Of a stretch of 64,000 nucleotides of DNA, positions 25,870-39,337 are shown in pieces. The stretch covers positions 56,670,001-56,734,000 of the forward strand of contig CM052817.1 of the NCBI GenBank assembly GCA_028534125.1, written 5' to 3'. The stretch's first letter is position 1; each line of letters begins with the position of its first letter. The DNA comes from Lama glama. Its lineage: Eukaryota. Under the pieces are notes generated by a model. That model did not search any database and was not told the DNA's origin. It was given only the letters and a program-made list of their open reading frames with translations. Both the position numbers and the translations under genes were made by a program.

Positions 25870-26375
25870 ATTTTCAGTTTAGGGAATTCATTGGACTGCA
25901 TATTGGAAAATAAAAGTGGCATAGATAAAAGTGAAGCTGATTTTTTTCCTGTCATTAAACTAGAAGTTGAAATGTAGTGGTCCAGGTCTTCTGCAATAAT
26001 CCTCGGTCTCTGACCTAATCTTTCCCTGAGATATCCTTACATCGCAGATTCCATCCTCCACATCTCCTTACAGTTGCAATTCGGCCCTTGCATCTCCATC
26101 CTTTACCTCTATGTTTTTTTTGTGGGGGGGGAATATCAAGAGAAGGAAAAACAGCTGCTGGCAGAGTCAGCTCCATATGTAGAGCTTTACCCCAAAGTCC
26201 CACCGAGAGATTTCAGCTTATCTCTTACTGGCCACAGCAATTACATGACCATTCCAAGCTGCAAGGAAGGCTGAGAAATAGAATTTTTACAAGTGTGCAT
26301 AGCAACCTGAAAAAAAATGGGGTTATATTAGTAGAAGAAAGAAGAGAGGAGGAATATTGGGTAGACAGTTAGCAG
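25870..26375 (-). mobile_element. MLT1J/K-like MaLR LTR
   Basis: ttcagcttatctcttactggccacagc..catgaccattccaagctgcaaggaaggctgagaaat...gaatattgggtagacagttagcagtct. Confidence 0.7.
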
Positions 26376-26379
26376 TCTC

Positions 26380-27215
26380 GTCTTTATCTTGTTTCTACTG
26401 TTGCTACTCTTGTTCTCCTGCAGTCCATTTCCCAGGAGCAGTCAGAAAGGTATTTTCACAACATAAGTCAAATAAAGCCATTTCCTGATTTAAAGCCATA
26501 ACATGTAGAATAAAGCTAAGTCCTTTTCCATGGCCTATATGCTGAGATATAGTTTCACACCATTTCTTAATATTTTCCCCCTCATTTCCTACTATAGCCA
26601 CACTATCTAGTCTTCAAACAGCCCTAGTTCATCTCAGCCCTCCATCCTGTATACCTGCTATTCCCTCTGCCTAGAACTCTCTTCCACAAGGATTTTGATG
26701 GCTTGACCCATGTTAGCATTCAATAGGTAAACTTAGTGAAATCTTCACTGATCACTCAGCACAGTGATAAATTCAGAGTTTGTACTTCCAAGACTCAAAT
26801 ATTTGTTCCTACCACGTTAGCTGAGAGACTTAGGCAGTTATTGATCTCTTCTTTGTCTCAGACTCCTTATCTGTAAAATGGGTTTAACTGTATCTACCCA
26901 TCAGGTGGTTGGTAGCATTCAATGAGTTAATAGGTCTAAACTGCAAAGAACATTATCTGGCACATTGTAGTCATTTGATAAATGTTGGCAAGTTTTTAAA
27001 TGGTGCTTTCCCATCCTTCACAAGCTCCTAGCTATGCTTTCAGTTTGCTTTGTCTTCTTCAAAACATAGCTAACTAATTTATGTGACTACTTATTGACTA
27101 CCCCACTCCAGGAAAATATAAACTGTCTGAAAGGTACCCCTCTATATACAGACCCTAGAACAGTTCCCAACATGGATTAGGTGCTCAAAAAGAAATATTT
27201 TACTGAATGAATTGT
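26380..27215 (+). mobile_element. L2 3' region with nested MIR (~26755-26990)
   Basis: ctgctattccctctgcctagaactctcttcc...ctagaacagttcccaacatggattaggtgctcaaaaag...tgaatgaat; MIR core cagactccttatctgtaaaatggg. Confidence 0.75.
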
Positions 27216-27464
27216 GAAACAATTAATACATGTATTTATTTTCCTGATATTAAAATAAGATTAGGTTATATCTGATATATTCTTTCTGGATTATTAAAAT
27301 ACTGTCACTTGATTGTTGGCCTCCTTTTTTTCCAGTTCTGACCTGGTTTCAAAAGATCGAGAATGCATTAGAAGCTTGGGAAAAAAATCCTAATTTTAAA
27401 TAAACTTTATTTGGAAGCTAGGAGAGAAATCGTAAGATCTCACATGTGTATTTCTCAAAGTTTA

Positions 27465-27830
27465 GAGCAAGGTCAGCAAACATTTTTCTGCAGAGGGCTA
27501 GAATGTAAATATTTTAATGTTTTAAGGTTTTATTTTATAATATTAAACTTATTTTATTTGCATTAGCTGTGAATATAAAGGTTCATTTATGCTAAAACAG
27601 TTATCTTAGTGAAAATACTGAGAAGTTTAGACTGTGTTACTCATTTAAGATTAAATGGATCCTGGGTTGATATTATAAATCACCAATGGAAATCAGAAAA
27701 TATCTGTATCATCTACAAATGGGTTACCGATGTTAAAATTATTTTCTTGAGTTTTTAAGTAAGAGTGGAGTTGGTATAATTATGAATATATGCTTTAAAA
27801 TTAAATGTTTAAATAAAAAAATTATTTTTA
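27465..27830 (+). mobile_element. hAT-Charlie (MER58/Cheshire-like) 5' fragment with start of degenerate transposase
   Basis: caaggtcagcaaacatttttctgcagagggctagaatgtaaatatttta is a MER58-type terminus. Frameshifted SFKIKW...ICIIYKWVTDVK resembles the Charlie N-terminal zinc-finger region. Confidence 0.45.
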
Positions 27831-30800
27831 TACTTGGATTTGTAAATGATTAGCCGGTAATTACAAGTCATTTCACTGTTTCGGCCCTCAGTTTCCTGTT
27901 TTATAAAATGAAGAGGATGAAATAGATAGCCTTTGATATCTTTTTTAACACTAAACATATATAATTTTATGAACTTTTTTAAAATTTAAATTGTTTTATC
28001 CTCCTCAAGACATGTTCTAAAATCTATTAATCAGTATAATTTATGAATTAATTGAAAAAAATATTTATTGAGTGTCTATGTGTCAGATATCATAATTTCT
28101 GACACAGATGCCAAGTCCAATCAGACAAAGGCTCAACACATAATTCCAGGGAGTATTTCAGAAAGATTAGTTTTGCAGGTAGAATTTATAATATACCATG
28201 CCATCAAGAAACCACAAGGCATACTATCAAGCAGCAATTTGTGTAAAAGTAACTCCTTTTATATAATAAATCAAAATTAGTGGCAGAGTTAACCAAAGGA
28301 TTCTTAAAATTTTTGAAATGTTACAATGGAGGGAAAGGTTAAATTTTGAAAATTCATAGTAAAAATGCATGTCCGTGGATTTATTCGGAATTGTTTTTAG
28401 ATTTTTTTCTTCAATTTAAGAAATAAAATTATCATTTATTCTCAAAACAAAGACCTAAAACACGTAACACACCTCAGCACTGTCTTTTTTTCAAAGGGTG
28501 AAAAGTGGCATTATAACCATACAAAAGCTTTAAAAAATCATTCTGATTTCATGAACATTTAACATGTGCACCTGCTGTTGTGTTGAACTGGCAGGTGGCT
28601 AACAATTCTTTACCACTGTGAACCCTTTTCCTTAATGCCTGCTTGCGGTTTCATGTCATTTTCTGCCCTGAGGAGAAGAGTGTACCTGCTGTTTAATCTG
28701 CCTAACTATCCTGCCTGATGACTTTGCCATTTTGTGCACACCTATATTATAGCTGCAGTTTCATGAAACAGTCTAGATTTGCCGTTTCCAAAACTGTCTA
28801 TTCTTAAGATCATAATGTGGTTCCGCAGAGCAATTCAAAAGAGAGGTAACAACAACCTGACACATGAAGATTAGTTGGTCCTTAGAAAATGGGAAGTCAT
28901 ACCTTCGTGTGGTCACCACTTTCCAAGGGCTAGCCTTTAGTTTTGCTAATCCAGAATCCTAATTTGATCACGTCACCAAGAACAGATCAGGCTTTGAGGA
29001 ATCAAGTCAGGATGTGAGTAACCAAACACACATGAGAAAAATGATTCACTAACACAGAATGGAGCTCTGGGTTTCATAAACCTATCTACACTGGCATCTC
29101 CATCCAAATCACCCATCATTAGAATCAAAGCATCTGGAAGATAGAATTTATTATGTAAAAGTAGCTTGATGGGGGTTGAACTGTAGTTAAAGTTGGATAT
29201 TTTTGAGAGAGGTTTCATCTATTAGAAGAACGTGAGGAACTACTGCCTTCTCTAGCAGTGGAATACGCTTCTCCAGAAAAAAAGACGTTCATGTTTGCTA
29301 GGGTTTACTCCGTGTCAGCTATCATATTATGCGTGTATATAATTTCACTTATTTGCACAATAATATTTGCATTCAAAGTGGGTAATGAGGTTGTTTTTAC
29401 TTACTAGGAACAAATCTGAAGTCCAGAGAACATCTCATTGCTTTAGGGAGTAGAGTCCAGATGCATAGTCAGGCCTGTTGGACTTCAAAGCCCAACCCAG
29501 AGACGTCCTACTCCCTGTGATATGCTTAACCTCCCCACTTCAATGCAGTGCCTCTTCTGAATGCAGAACATCAAGTAAAAACTGATGAAGGAGTTTGTTT
29601 GGTTTTTTTTTTTCTTTTCTAAACTCAACATAAACTTCACCCTACTCTCATTTACACTTTTATTCCTTTAGATACATGTACAAACCACAAGTTCCTTTTT
29701 CTACTGTCCTAATCCTGAGGCTTCCTTGTTCATCTTAACTGGATATGGGTATTTCCAAACCTCTATAAAAACTTTTAGAAAGTGAAATGATATCACTGGA
29801 TTATAACTAGCCATTGGTGAATGCATCTTATCTTCTACTGCTCATTATTTTCATTCAAGTAAACTAGATTTTCTTAAATCAACTTGATGGTATAAAAATA
29901 TAGAATGGTTTATTTTTCTTTAACCACTGCTTTCCAAAATACTCTTGTTGAACTGCAGTTCCCTACTGGGAAGCAGATTCCTTCATGACCATCTTACGCG
30001 GTTTCTACAGCCCTCTGGACATGTTGACTATAGAGTTCAACACTGTTTAAAATTCCACATAATAATCCATTTAAAGCTTTGCTCATCCCCATTGTTGGCT
30101 ATGATTGTGGCTTCAGGAATATTAATTGGAAAGGAGCTGTGTTCTTCTCTTCCCTCTTCTAGGGAGTAGCTACTTAATAAGGAGGCTAAGGAGAAAGGGA
30201 AATAGTGAACATCAGTGTACTTAATGGTATAGCCAAAATCCTCTCGGTAGTGCCTATTGCTGCTTTTTTGAACAACGACTGGTGGCTTCTGCTTGTCAAG
30301 TGTGCCTCCCTCATAAGGCACACCTGTCTCAGAGTACCACCGCCCCCACAGGTTTTTCCACTCCACAGTTCCTGGGTATGGGAGTTCAAGTTCTTTCTCT
30401 TTCACCATGATCCTCCCAGGTTCCAACTCAAGTTGTTCACCTCATGTAAAGGCATCTTCCCTGGCCATTAGCCTTTCTGGGTTGGCTCCCACAACCCAGA
30501 AAAATCAGTTACCTTTCCCACTGTGCACTAGACACAGAAGAAATTCACACATCCAGTGTGCATGCACAAAGCTTTACACCCACCCCAGGGTGCCCTGCTC
30601 TCTCTCTCCAATTCTTTCCCAGAAGGACAGTCAGAAAGCCACTGCCCAGGTGTATATTCAATTGAGAGAAAAAACACCAGACTCGTGTACCGTAGTATAG
30701 TATGTAAGTATAGGTATGCGAGTGATTCTCTTAGAGTGTCCTCATCATTTGAATTGGTGGCAGAGTGCCTACGTTTAGTACTCATGGTGTAAATGCTTCA

Positions 30801-31099
30801 CATCATCCACAATTCGCTTTCCATGAGGCCCATAATGCTGATAACACTCCCTTTATCTCTTGTCTCTCTGTACGTCTTAGATATATTGGGCTGAAGGTAA
30901 GGTTGAGGTCATCAGTGGTAAAAGAAAGATCGATCCCACTGGCACTTAGTAAGGCCTGGCAGGAGAAATACAGCAAAAATTTTGGGTAGCTATCTTGAGA
31001 ATGGAATGCATTTAGTTATTTTTTCTTCAACTTCGGCCTGACTTCAATTACTAAGCTCTAGGAAACAGAAAAAGTCCTATTTTTTTCTTATTATACATT

Positions 31100-32000
31100 T
31101 TTTTAAATATATTATTCCAAAACTTACTGAATGCCTTCTACATGATAACCATTATAATGAATGCTGATATAGAAAATGGATAAAATATAACTACCACCCC
31201 CACAGTCACAGTCAGGGGCATTAGTTCATCCCCGTTTTCAGTCACAATACTCACAGCTGCCCACTAACTTTAACTTGAACCTTTTCTCACTGTAATGACA
31301 GTATTTATTAAGTGTGATAGGAGCACCAAGAGGGGTGAGAATAGTTCTCTGTGGGAGGTGGGAGGTCAAGGAAGGCTTCCCAGATGAAGAATTGTTTCTA
31401 TTGCTTCTTAAAGAACAAGTAGAAATTAGCCAGTTAAAAAGATAAGAATGGGCATTCAGGAAAGAAGGTGTAACTTGTGCAAAAGCATGAAGACATAAAA
31501 TAAATAGGAAAATACAAGTAATCAAGCATGGCTTGAACAGAGTCCATAATAATAGCAGAAGTATAAGCAATGCAATCATATTTAAGAACTTTTTTTAGCT
31601 GTCTTTATTACTAGTGATTCTTAAACTTTGCCAAGCATTAGAATTTTCCAGGATTCTTGCTCAAATGCAAATTTTCAAACCCCACCAGAGATTTCCCAGC
31701 CCCACTAGAAATTCTCAGTCTGTATGTGTGAAGTAGGGCCCAGTATTCTGCACTTTTAAAGACATTCCAGGAGAATCCAAACTTGTAGCTTATGTTGTTC
31801 ACTATCATAGATACTGGAAAGTTTTTGAAAGATTTTAAGCAAGGGGGTAACATGCTTACATTTGCATTTTAGATACACACCTCTAGATATCCTGTGGCTG
31901 AATGACTGCAAAAGGCAAGAGCAGGGGCAGGAGACGACTTAGATGGCTATTACAAGAGTCCAAGCAAGACATGGGGGTGGAACAAATTGTCAGATTACAT
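31100..32000 (-). mobile_element. L2 fragment with nested MER5 (~31612-31785)
   Basis: gaggtcaaggaaggcttcccagatgaag...gaaagattttaagcaagggggtaacatg...gagtccaagcaagacatg; MER5 agtgattcttaaactttgccaagcattagaat. Confidence 0.7.
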
Positions 32001-34499
32001 GATGGTTATTATGTGACTTTCCCTCATCTGTGTTTGGTATTAAGATGAATTGCGTACATGAAGCTCTGTGAAGACAGAAAATATGGCATTGTCATGTACA
32101 CACTCCTTCATAGTGCAGGTCACAAAGTAGGCACTAAATTTGCTGAATGATTGGGTGAGATGAAATTTAAAGGTGCTATATAAATATATTATTTTGTTCC
32201 AAGCTAAAAATTGCAAACATACAACATCTAAGAAGTAATCTGCCTCCTTTGATTGAACAATGAAACAACACATAGGGACTTAGACATGTAATTTCAGATC
32301 TCTATCGTATCTGTGACCTTGGTTATAACTTTGGGTAGCTGGCTTAACCACAGTTTCCATCTATTTCCATATGCTTCAATTCGTCTATTCATAGAATCAT
32401 AGCAACAAAGATAATTCTTACTGACCTCATATAATGATGGTAAGAAACAAACAACCAAAGCTATGGTTAAGTACTTTATGACTGAAACATAATGTGCCTT
32501 CCTAAATGTGGAAGCAACCAAGATGACCTTTCAGAAGACAATTAATTACTCAGACTCCACTAAAATTCTAGAGCAGTCCAGATACTAACAGTATTCCTTT
32601 GACATGATAAGGCATAGCAGATATGATGTGCATATATGAAATAATTTCATATAACATTTATCATATTGCAATTATTAAAAAGCTTTATCAAAACCAACCC
32701 AAAAGGTAACATTAATATAATAAAACTGTAATCTATTGTCAATGGCTTAACTGGAATGTGAGTGGTGGTAGAAAATATTAGGCAGGATAGTAGGCCAAAT
32801 TCTAAAAACCATAAGCTTCCACTTTCAGGGCAGATTTCTGGTAGTTACTGCAGTTGGCTACTCATAATGAGGTAAAATTTAGTTGAAATGTGACAATTTA
32901 GATGAAAATCTAACCTGGTTCCTAAATTCAAACCCTCATTTCTAGGCAGAGGCTCAAACAGAAAACACATGGGACAATACTGCTGCAAGAAATTTTAATT
33001 TAAATGTATAGTTAAGATTGCTTTATTCAGGATCCTTATTTTCTTTCTCCTTTTTGCCTCCATCCCCAACACTCAATAAAAGAAATAAGAAGAGAGAAGC
33101 AGAAACTCTTTTCATGCTCTTTATAAAATAAAAAATATTGTGATTATCTAAAAAACCAGCAGGAAATTCTTCCAGGGCTTAATGATGATGATGACATTAG
33201 CCTTGCTCTACTGAAAAGATGATCAAAGGTGGGATGAGAGACAACATAACTTTACATTAGTCAGGTTGTAAAAGGGATTCCATCAAAAGGTGAAATCTTT
33301 AAAGTGTAAAATTGAAATGTTACAACTTGCAGAAGACTGTGTCATTTTTCCTGCAAAGGTATTAAAATGTCACATTACAGAAAAGGAGAGTTTCCAATTA
33401 CTGAGATGTAATAATGTTACATGGCTATATATATACACAAACATATGTGTGTGTATACATATATGTAAGTACATTGAACCACTGTTTTCTTCTATTAAAC
33501 TAAAAACACTGAGTATACCTGAAAGTTACAGTTAGCTATAATTTGTGAGTCTGAATCTACATGAGACAAATTCACTACATGTGTGAGCCGCTTTGCAGTG
33601 TTTTCTGATTCTTTGGAGGACTAAGGTGAACTTTATTCTCCTTGGATTTCAAGCAAATTAATCAGAACAGCCCAGCACTTTAATTTACTGGAGCAAGAAG
33701 TTAAAATTCTTACTGATTGCAGTAATTCATAAAAGCAGTAGTCAGGGTTTCCTGTAGAATTTTTCAATTGGTCACGAAGTATTAAAGGAGAGGATATATA
33801 GAATTTCCACCACATAACAAAAACAGCAGAATAGGAGAATCCTAATATTGTTTGAGACTATTTGCTGTCCCTATGAGTCCCATGCTGTTGAGATGAAGTC
33901 AAAATAAATCTAGTTTAAACAGCGGTTATCAAACACTGTGAGTAGAGCATTATGATATATGCCAAAAGGGAAACAAGTGACATATATATTCCCTTAGGAA
34001 ATTCAAAACTCTAAAACTTAAAGTTTAAAACCTGAAAGTTTGTAGATTTGTTTCATATTCAAGAATCAAAAATCTCCTTAGGAAAATGCCACATCAAAAA
34101 TGAACCTACATCTCTAAATTAGTCCAGCACAGGCAGAGAAGGAATGACCTATTATTAAGTATTTCTTTACCATTGGACTAGCATTTGGGGACTGTTAAAA
34201 CATGCAAAATATGCTACATGCCCCTAAACTAGGACCACAACAGGCCACAACTCAGCAAGATGCTGCTATCAAAAACTTCTGGGACCTGAGACCTAAATGA
34301 GGAACTTTAATTAAAATCTGTGACTTTCAATTCATGCTTTCTTTTAAAAGGATGGCAGATAGAGGTACAGTCAACAGTACTATTGAAATTTTGAGCACAT
34401 ATATAGATGATTGAGTAAGTTAAATGAATCTGTGATAAAACTACACTATATTCATAATAAAACTAAAGCAAAGTAGAGACCCAGACCAATCACCCTAGG

Positions 34500-35600
34500 C
34501 TTTCAGAGGAATGAGCCTCCTGTGTACAGGAAATCAGGAGGCATTTCAGGTAAACTTTGAAAATTTAGGAGAACAATAAGAACAAAGAAAAAGATTAGAA
34601 AGAAAAATATTCCAAAAGACAGAAACATGTGAAAGGGCAAGTCCTGGAAATGAGGAAGATAACTGAATTCAGTGAGGTTCTGATTTATATTAAGTCACGT
34701 ATCTTGAAAGGCCTTGAATTCCATGCTGAAGAGTTTGAATTTATTCTGAAAGTAGTAGAAAACTGGAAGATTTCTGAGTTGAGGAAAGGTCATTATGAAC
34801 GAACCTGTGATTTAGAAAGAAAATATTTGTGGCAGAATGGCAAGTGAAATTGATGGCAAAAAATTAGAAGCAAGAAGGAAAATGCAGGCCAAGAGGAATA
34901 GGAGTATGAAGAGAAGAGATGGAAAAAGATACAAAAGACATTTTTGGGATAAAATCACGATTTAGTGACTAATCAGATAAAGGAGAAAGGAAGATGGATA
35001 AGTTATTGTATCTTAGGCAACTGGAAGATTGATATCACCACTAATAAAAAAAAATGACCATACAAAAGAGTAAAGTATTTCATCAGGGATGAGAATGAAA
35101 GTGGGCAGAGAACATCCATTTCATTTCAAATGCATTGTGTTTAAGGAACCCAGGTATATGCAAGCAAAGGTACTTATCAGGCTTTTGAAAATTCATATTG
35201 TCAACAAGGACACTGCTCAGGACTGAAAGAAGGTGATGTGAGAGCTTTCTGAATGTAATGATCATTGAAGCAGTAAATATGAATGGGTTTGTCCAGGAAG
35301 AGAAAGATGTAGCCACTGTAGGTGAGTGGAGAATGGTTTCTAACAGCCCACTTATCTCATAAAATGATCAATTTATCACATGACTCATCCTTTGAAATCT
35401 AAGGTAATGTGAGCAAAAGGAAGAAATTAGTGATGTTAGAAGGAAGGTGGCTGACCATGTTATTTTCAAATGCCTTCCTAAATAATGCGAAGTATTTCCT
35501 GTATAATAAAAGCTTTGAGAAAGCAAAGTATGTAGGTCCCAAGGAAATGCCTTTAGAAAACAAAGGAGGGGACAGGAAACCAACCTGAAGTCATTTTCAA
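34500..35600 (-). mobile_element. Degraded L2
   Basis: gaaaggccttgaattccatgctgaagagtttgaatttattctgaaagtagtagaaaactggaagatttctgag is a typical antisense L2 segment. Confidence 0.65.
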
Positions 35601-36510
35601 AATGGGATACAAATGGCCTTATAAATATGTATTGCTCAAGAAAATTTATGTCATAAACATTTTATTTTTAGAAGCACTGCCATCTAAGAATTCAACAGGT
35701 CAGTAAAGCATTAGAGGAATTATTTTAGAGTAGAATATATAGCACGTTTGGATTAAAAGTATGGCAGCAGCTGGAGTATTTGTGGAATTTCTGTTATAAA
35801 ATCAGATACAATCAAATAAATTGGGATGATAATAGACACATGAAAAGTAACCTAACGTAAATAGAAGTTTCCTTCTGATTAAGCACCTTGACTTCTAAGG
35901 TCTTATTCAAAATCTTTACAAAGAAGCACAAAATAAAAAATATCTAATAAAGTCATTATTAAATACAAGATCTCTTTTTACCTTCCTGTATTATCTATCT
36001 TAACATCTTTCCCTTTGGATGAATATCTGCTGTTAACTCTTTAAAAACTGCAATTTCAATTCTGTAACAAAAGAGACTAATCTTACATATAAATGTATAT
36101 CATGTCTTCAGTCCTTTGCATCTAAAATAATCTTGTATTTTGTAATGGATATATAAGAAAAGATGTTAAATTATAAGCACTCAACAAACCGTAGCCTCTG
36201 ACCCTTTCTATTTCCCTGCCTGCCACCCTCCCCAGACTTTAAACAGGTTGTAAAAAAGGACTTTGTCTTTGGCTTCTTGGCTTCTCCTGCTGTCCCACCA
36301 GGTAAAGGTTTGCTCTGCTCCCGAACCATTTCATAGGATTGGGTAAATCAGGAAAAGAAAACCTTTAGGAGAGGTGGGGCTGATATTCAGACAAATACTT
36401 GTTCAGAAGGCAGAAACACTGTTTTTGGGGGGCCTCCATTCCAACTGGATGGTGTATGTGTTGTAAAGGTAAATAAATACATTGAAAATCAACCCAAAAA
36501 GAAACCAGAA

Positions 36511-36770
36511 CAATGTTTCTCAAACTATCTCTGGTGAAGGACCAGCTTTTTCCCCAATCCATCACAGACCAATGTTTTTTAAATACAATAAAAATAAAGT
36601 AATATAAAAATGAAATTAAAAAAGACAAAAATCAAGCCCATATTTTATTACTAGATACATTACACACACACACACACACAAAACTCTATCAATATGCTAT
36701 AAAGAATTCTAAGTGTTTCCTCTCAATTTCTGTACTTTTCTCATTCTACTGGCAGCATTAACTTCTAGGA
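36511..36770 (+). mobile_element. Charlie18a-like hAT MITE
   Basis: caatgtttctcaaactatctctggtgaaggaccag...caagcccatattttatta...ctcaatttctgtactt. Confidence 0.75.
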
Positions 36771-38689
36771 TCAGCATGAATCTGCACAATGCTCTGAGAG
36801 GAGCTCTGCACAGAAAGATATTATGTTGAAGAAGAAAGAAAAGAAAACCATAGATCCAGGTAGGTGACAGGATGGGTAAAAGAGCCAAGATACTTTGGCT
36901 TCCGTTTGGGGCAATATTTCTGGTGAGGAAGGAAAAATAGGACTTGGAAAAAAGCTTTGAAGGCATTCTATATGGAAAACAATTTTAAGAACTAATGCTA
37001 TGGCTAAAATTTCAGGTTGACATTCTTTGAGAAATACTGAGTAAAGAATGGATCTCCTTTTAATATTTTTGGTTGTTGATATCTTTACTGAATTTAATAC
37101 TAGAAGAGACAAAAATGCAAAAACAATGCAGTGTGGTTAGCCCTATGTTTAGTAAAAGAAATACTCAGCTCTATCAAATCAAAAAAGAATGCTTCTTCTG
37201 AATTTGGGGTAAGGGAGGGTTTTCATGAAGGAGAAACCTATATTCCGAGACCTGAAAGATAAATGAGTCATTGAAGAGAAATTGTAGAGGAAAAAGGGTT
37301 GTAGGCCAAGTACATGAATAAACGAATTAAGTATGAATGAACAAATGAATGAATGAATGCCTGGTCACCAACTAGAAAGTAAGAAAGAGCACTTCCTAGT
37401 CAAGGGAGTTTAATGTGGTTAAAAGATAACAAAAGTAAACAATAATACTATTTTTTAAAGTATCCAATTAACCACATACTGTACATTTTTTTAGCCTCAG
37501 TTTTTTTGAGATATAGGCCAGGTACATTTAACATTGAATACATATCCAACCATCCATCCATCCATCCAGTATCTGCTTGGTGTTAGGCATTATGCTCTAT
37601 GCTGGAGATGAAGCAACTATAAAGATTTATATTTCAAAACATTTTACTTCAATATTTCACAATTAGTAATGTAAATATAAAAAAACAAAGTGATTAGAAA
37701 GAATTAGAAAAAAAAATTAGATCTTTAAGGGAAGCTGAGATTCATAGTTGAATTTATTTTTATTATTGTGGGAGAGGTGGTAATGGTTTGTTTTATTTTA
37801 ATTAACTTTTGTTCTCACAGTATTTGTTCTCACTGAAATCCTGATGGACAAATAAATAAATATTCCCATAAACACTACAAGAGACTGTATTTGGAAGTGA
37901 GAAAACCAAGCATAGAGGCCACCTGAGCCAGTAAATGTGAAAGCACAACAAATAATCTGGGTCACCACAAAAATTTAAAGAGTAGTCACATGACTTTTAT
38001 GTGGTTTTAGAAGACAAAACACATCCCTGAACCACCTGGTTTTCTGCCCCTATAGTCTTTTGCTTTTCCCATCTAAAACTACTTGTTCACCATTACCCCT
38101 CCTTCCCCCAAATCCCAGCTCAAGATCAATCTTGTGCTCAAGGGGAATATAAAAATCCATAGCTGAGCATTTTAAACAGTGAAATACCGTTAAAATGAGC
38201 TAGCTACTCAATTTTTTTTCCTGACCACTATGATGTTAAGAGTAGCAATTAACACATAATGATCCATTATTTATATGAAATTCAATCTTTGTAAGAATTT
38301 TATTTGGTACAAATTCTATCCATTTTCCACCAAAGACATTGAAGCTCAGAGAGGATACACAACTGTCCAATATCAAATGGCTAGTTAATATTCAAGCAGA
38401 ATTTAAACCCACTCTCTTTGATCTCAAATCCTATGCTCCTACTACAACTTTACTGATCTTCTGAAAAGTGAAAATAGAAGCAATTTAATAATGATTTTCC
38501 CCTTGGGAAATTTCAGATTTACCCTATTTTCACTTTTGCCAATTATCCATCCAGAATCTTGTTCTAGTTTCTAGTTTCTTCTTAAAAGGAATTTTTTTTA
38601 AATGGTTGCTTTCTTCTTTTTCCAGTGCATCTTTCTCTGTAATTTTATCAACAGCATGTTAACTAAAATGTTAAAAGTAAACAAAGAAG

Positions 38690-39275
38690 GCAATACCTCT
38701 AGCTACCCACTAAAAATGGTTCATTCTTTTTTGAGCCCATAGCTGGACAACCTCCCTTGCAGTAAGTTTTATGCATGGAATATCACTGAAAAGGTATCTG
38801 CCACTTCAAGATCTGGCCCATAAATTCGTCCTTCACAAGCTCTACTATGGTCTTTCCTTTTTCTGTGACTGGGATGTTCAAAGTCTGTACTAAAGATAGC
38901 AGAGCCTAAGGAGTCACATCAGAGTGTCACTAAATAACTAGATGGAGAAGAGCTACTCTGCAGACCTTTCTCTCAAAACTGTTGAGCCAGAAACACATTT
39001 ACAGGGTTAGTGAATATTTGGTTCTGTCAAAAATGTCCATAAGACATTCAGTTCATGCCAAAAGGCCTTCAAATGTGGTCCTATCAAAAACATCCATGAG
39101 CATATTTGGTCCACGCCAAATGGTTTTAGACAAGATCAAATATCAAGGACCTTTTGGCATAAAGTGATGTCTTATGGATATTTTGGTCAGGACCAAATGT
39201 CCTGAAAGGGCTTATAGGGTTAAGTCACAGAAATGTCAAGAGGTGTTTGTTACTACAGCTTTACCTATATTACCC
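38690..39275 (+). mobile_element. MLT1-type MaLR LTR interrupted by a palindromic insert
   Basis: ctgccacttcaagatctggccca...aagatagcagagcc...gagccagaaacacattt [insert] gggttaagtcacagaaat...tgtttgttactacagc. Confidence 0.6.
39010..39211. mobile_element. Palindromic MITE-like element, family unassigned
   Basis: ~80-bp imperfect inverted arms. Left arm atatttggttctgtcaaaaatgtccataagacat..atgccaaaaggcctt; reverse complement of right arm acatttggtcctgaccaaaatatccataagacat..atgccaaaaggtcctt. Flanked by ttacagggtta / ttatagggtta. Confidence 0.7.
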
Positions 39276-39337
39276 TAATTCAGCAGCAATATATAATGGT
39301 TAAGGCCAGCTCTGTGAAAGTCAGTTGTGAAAGTCAG

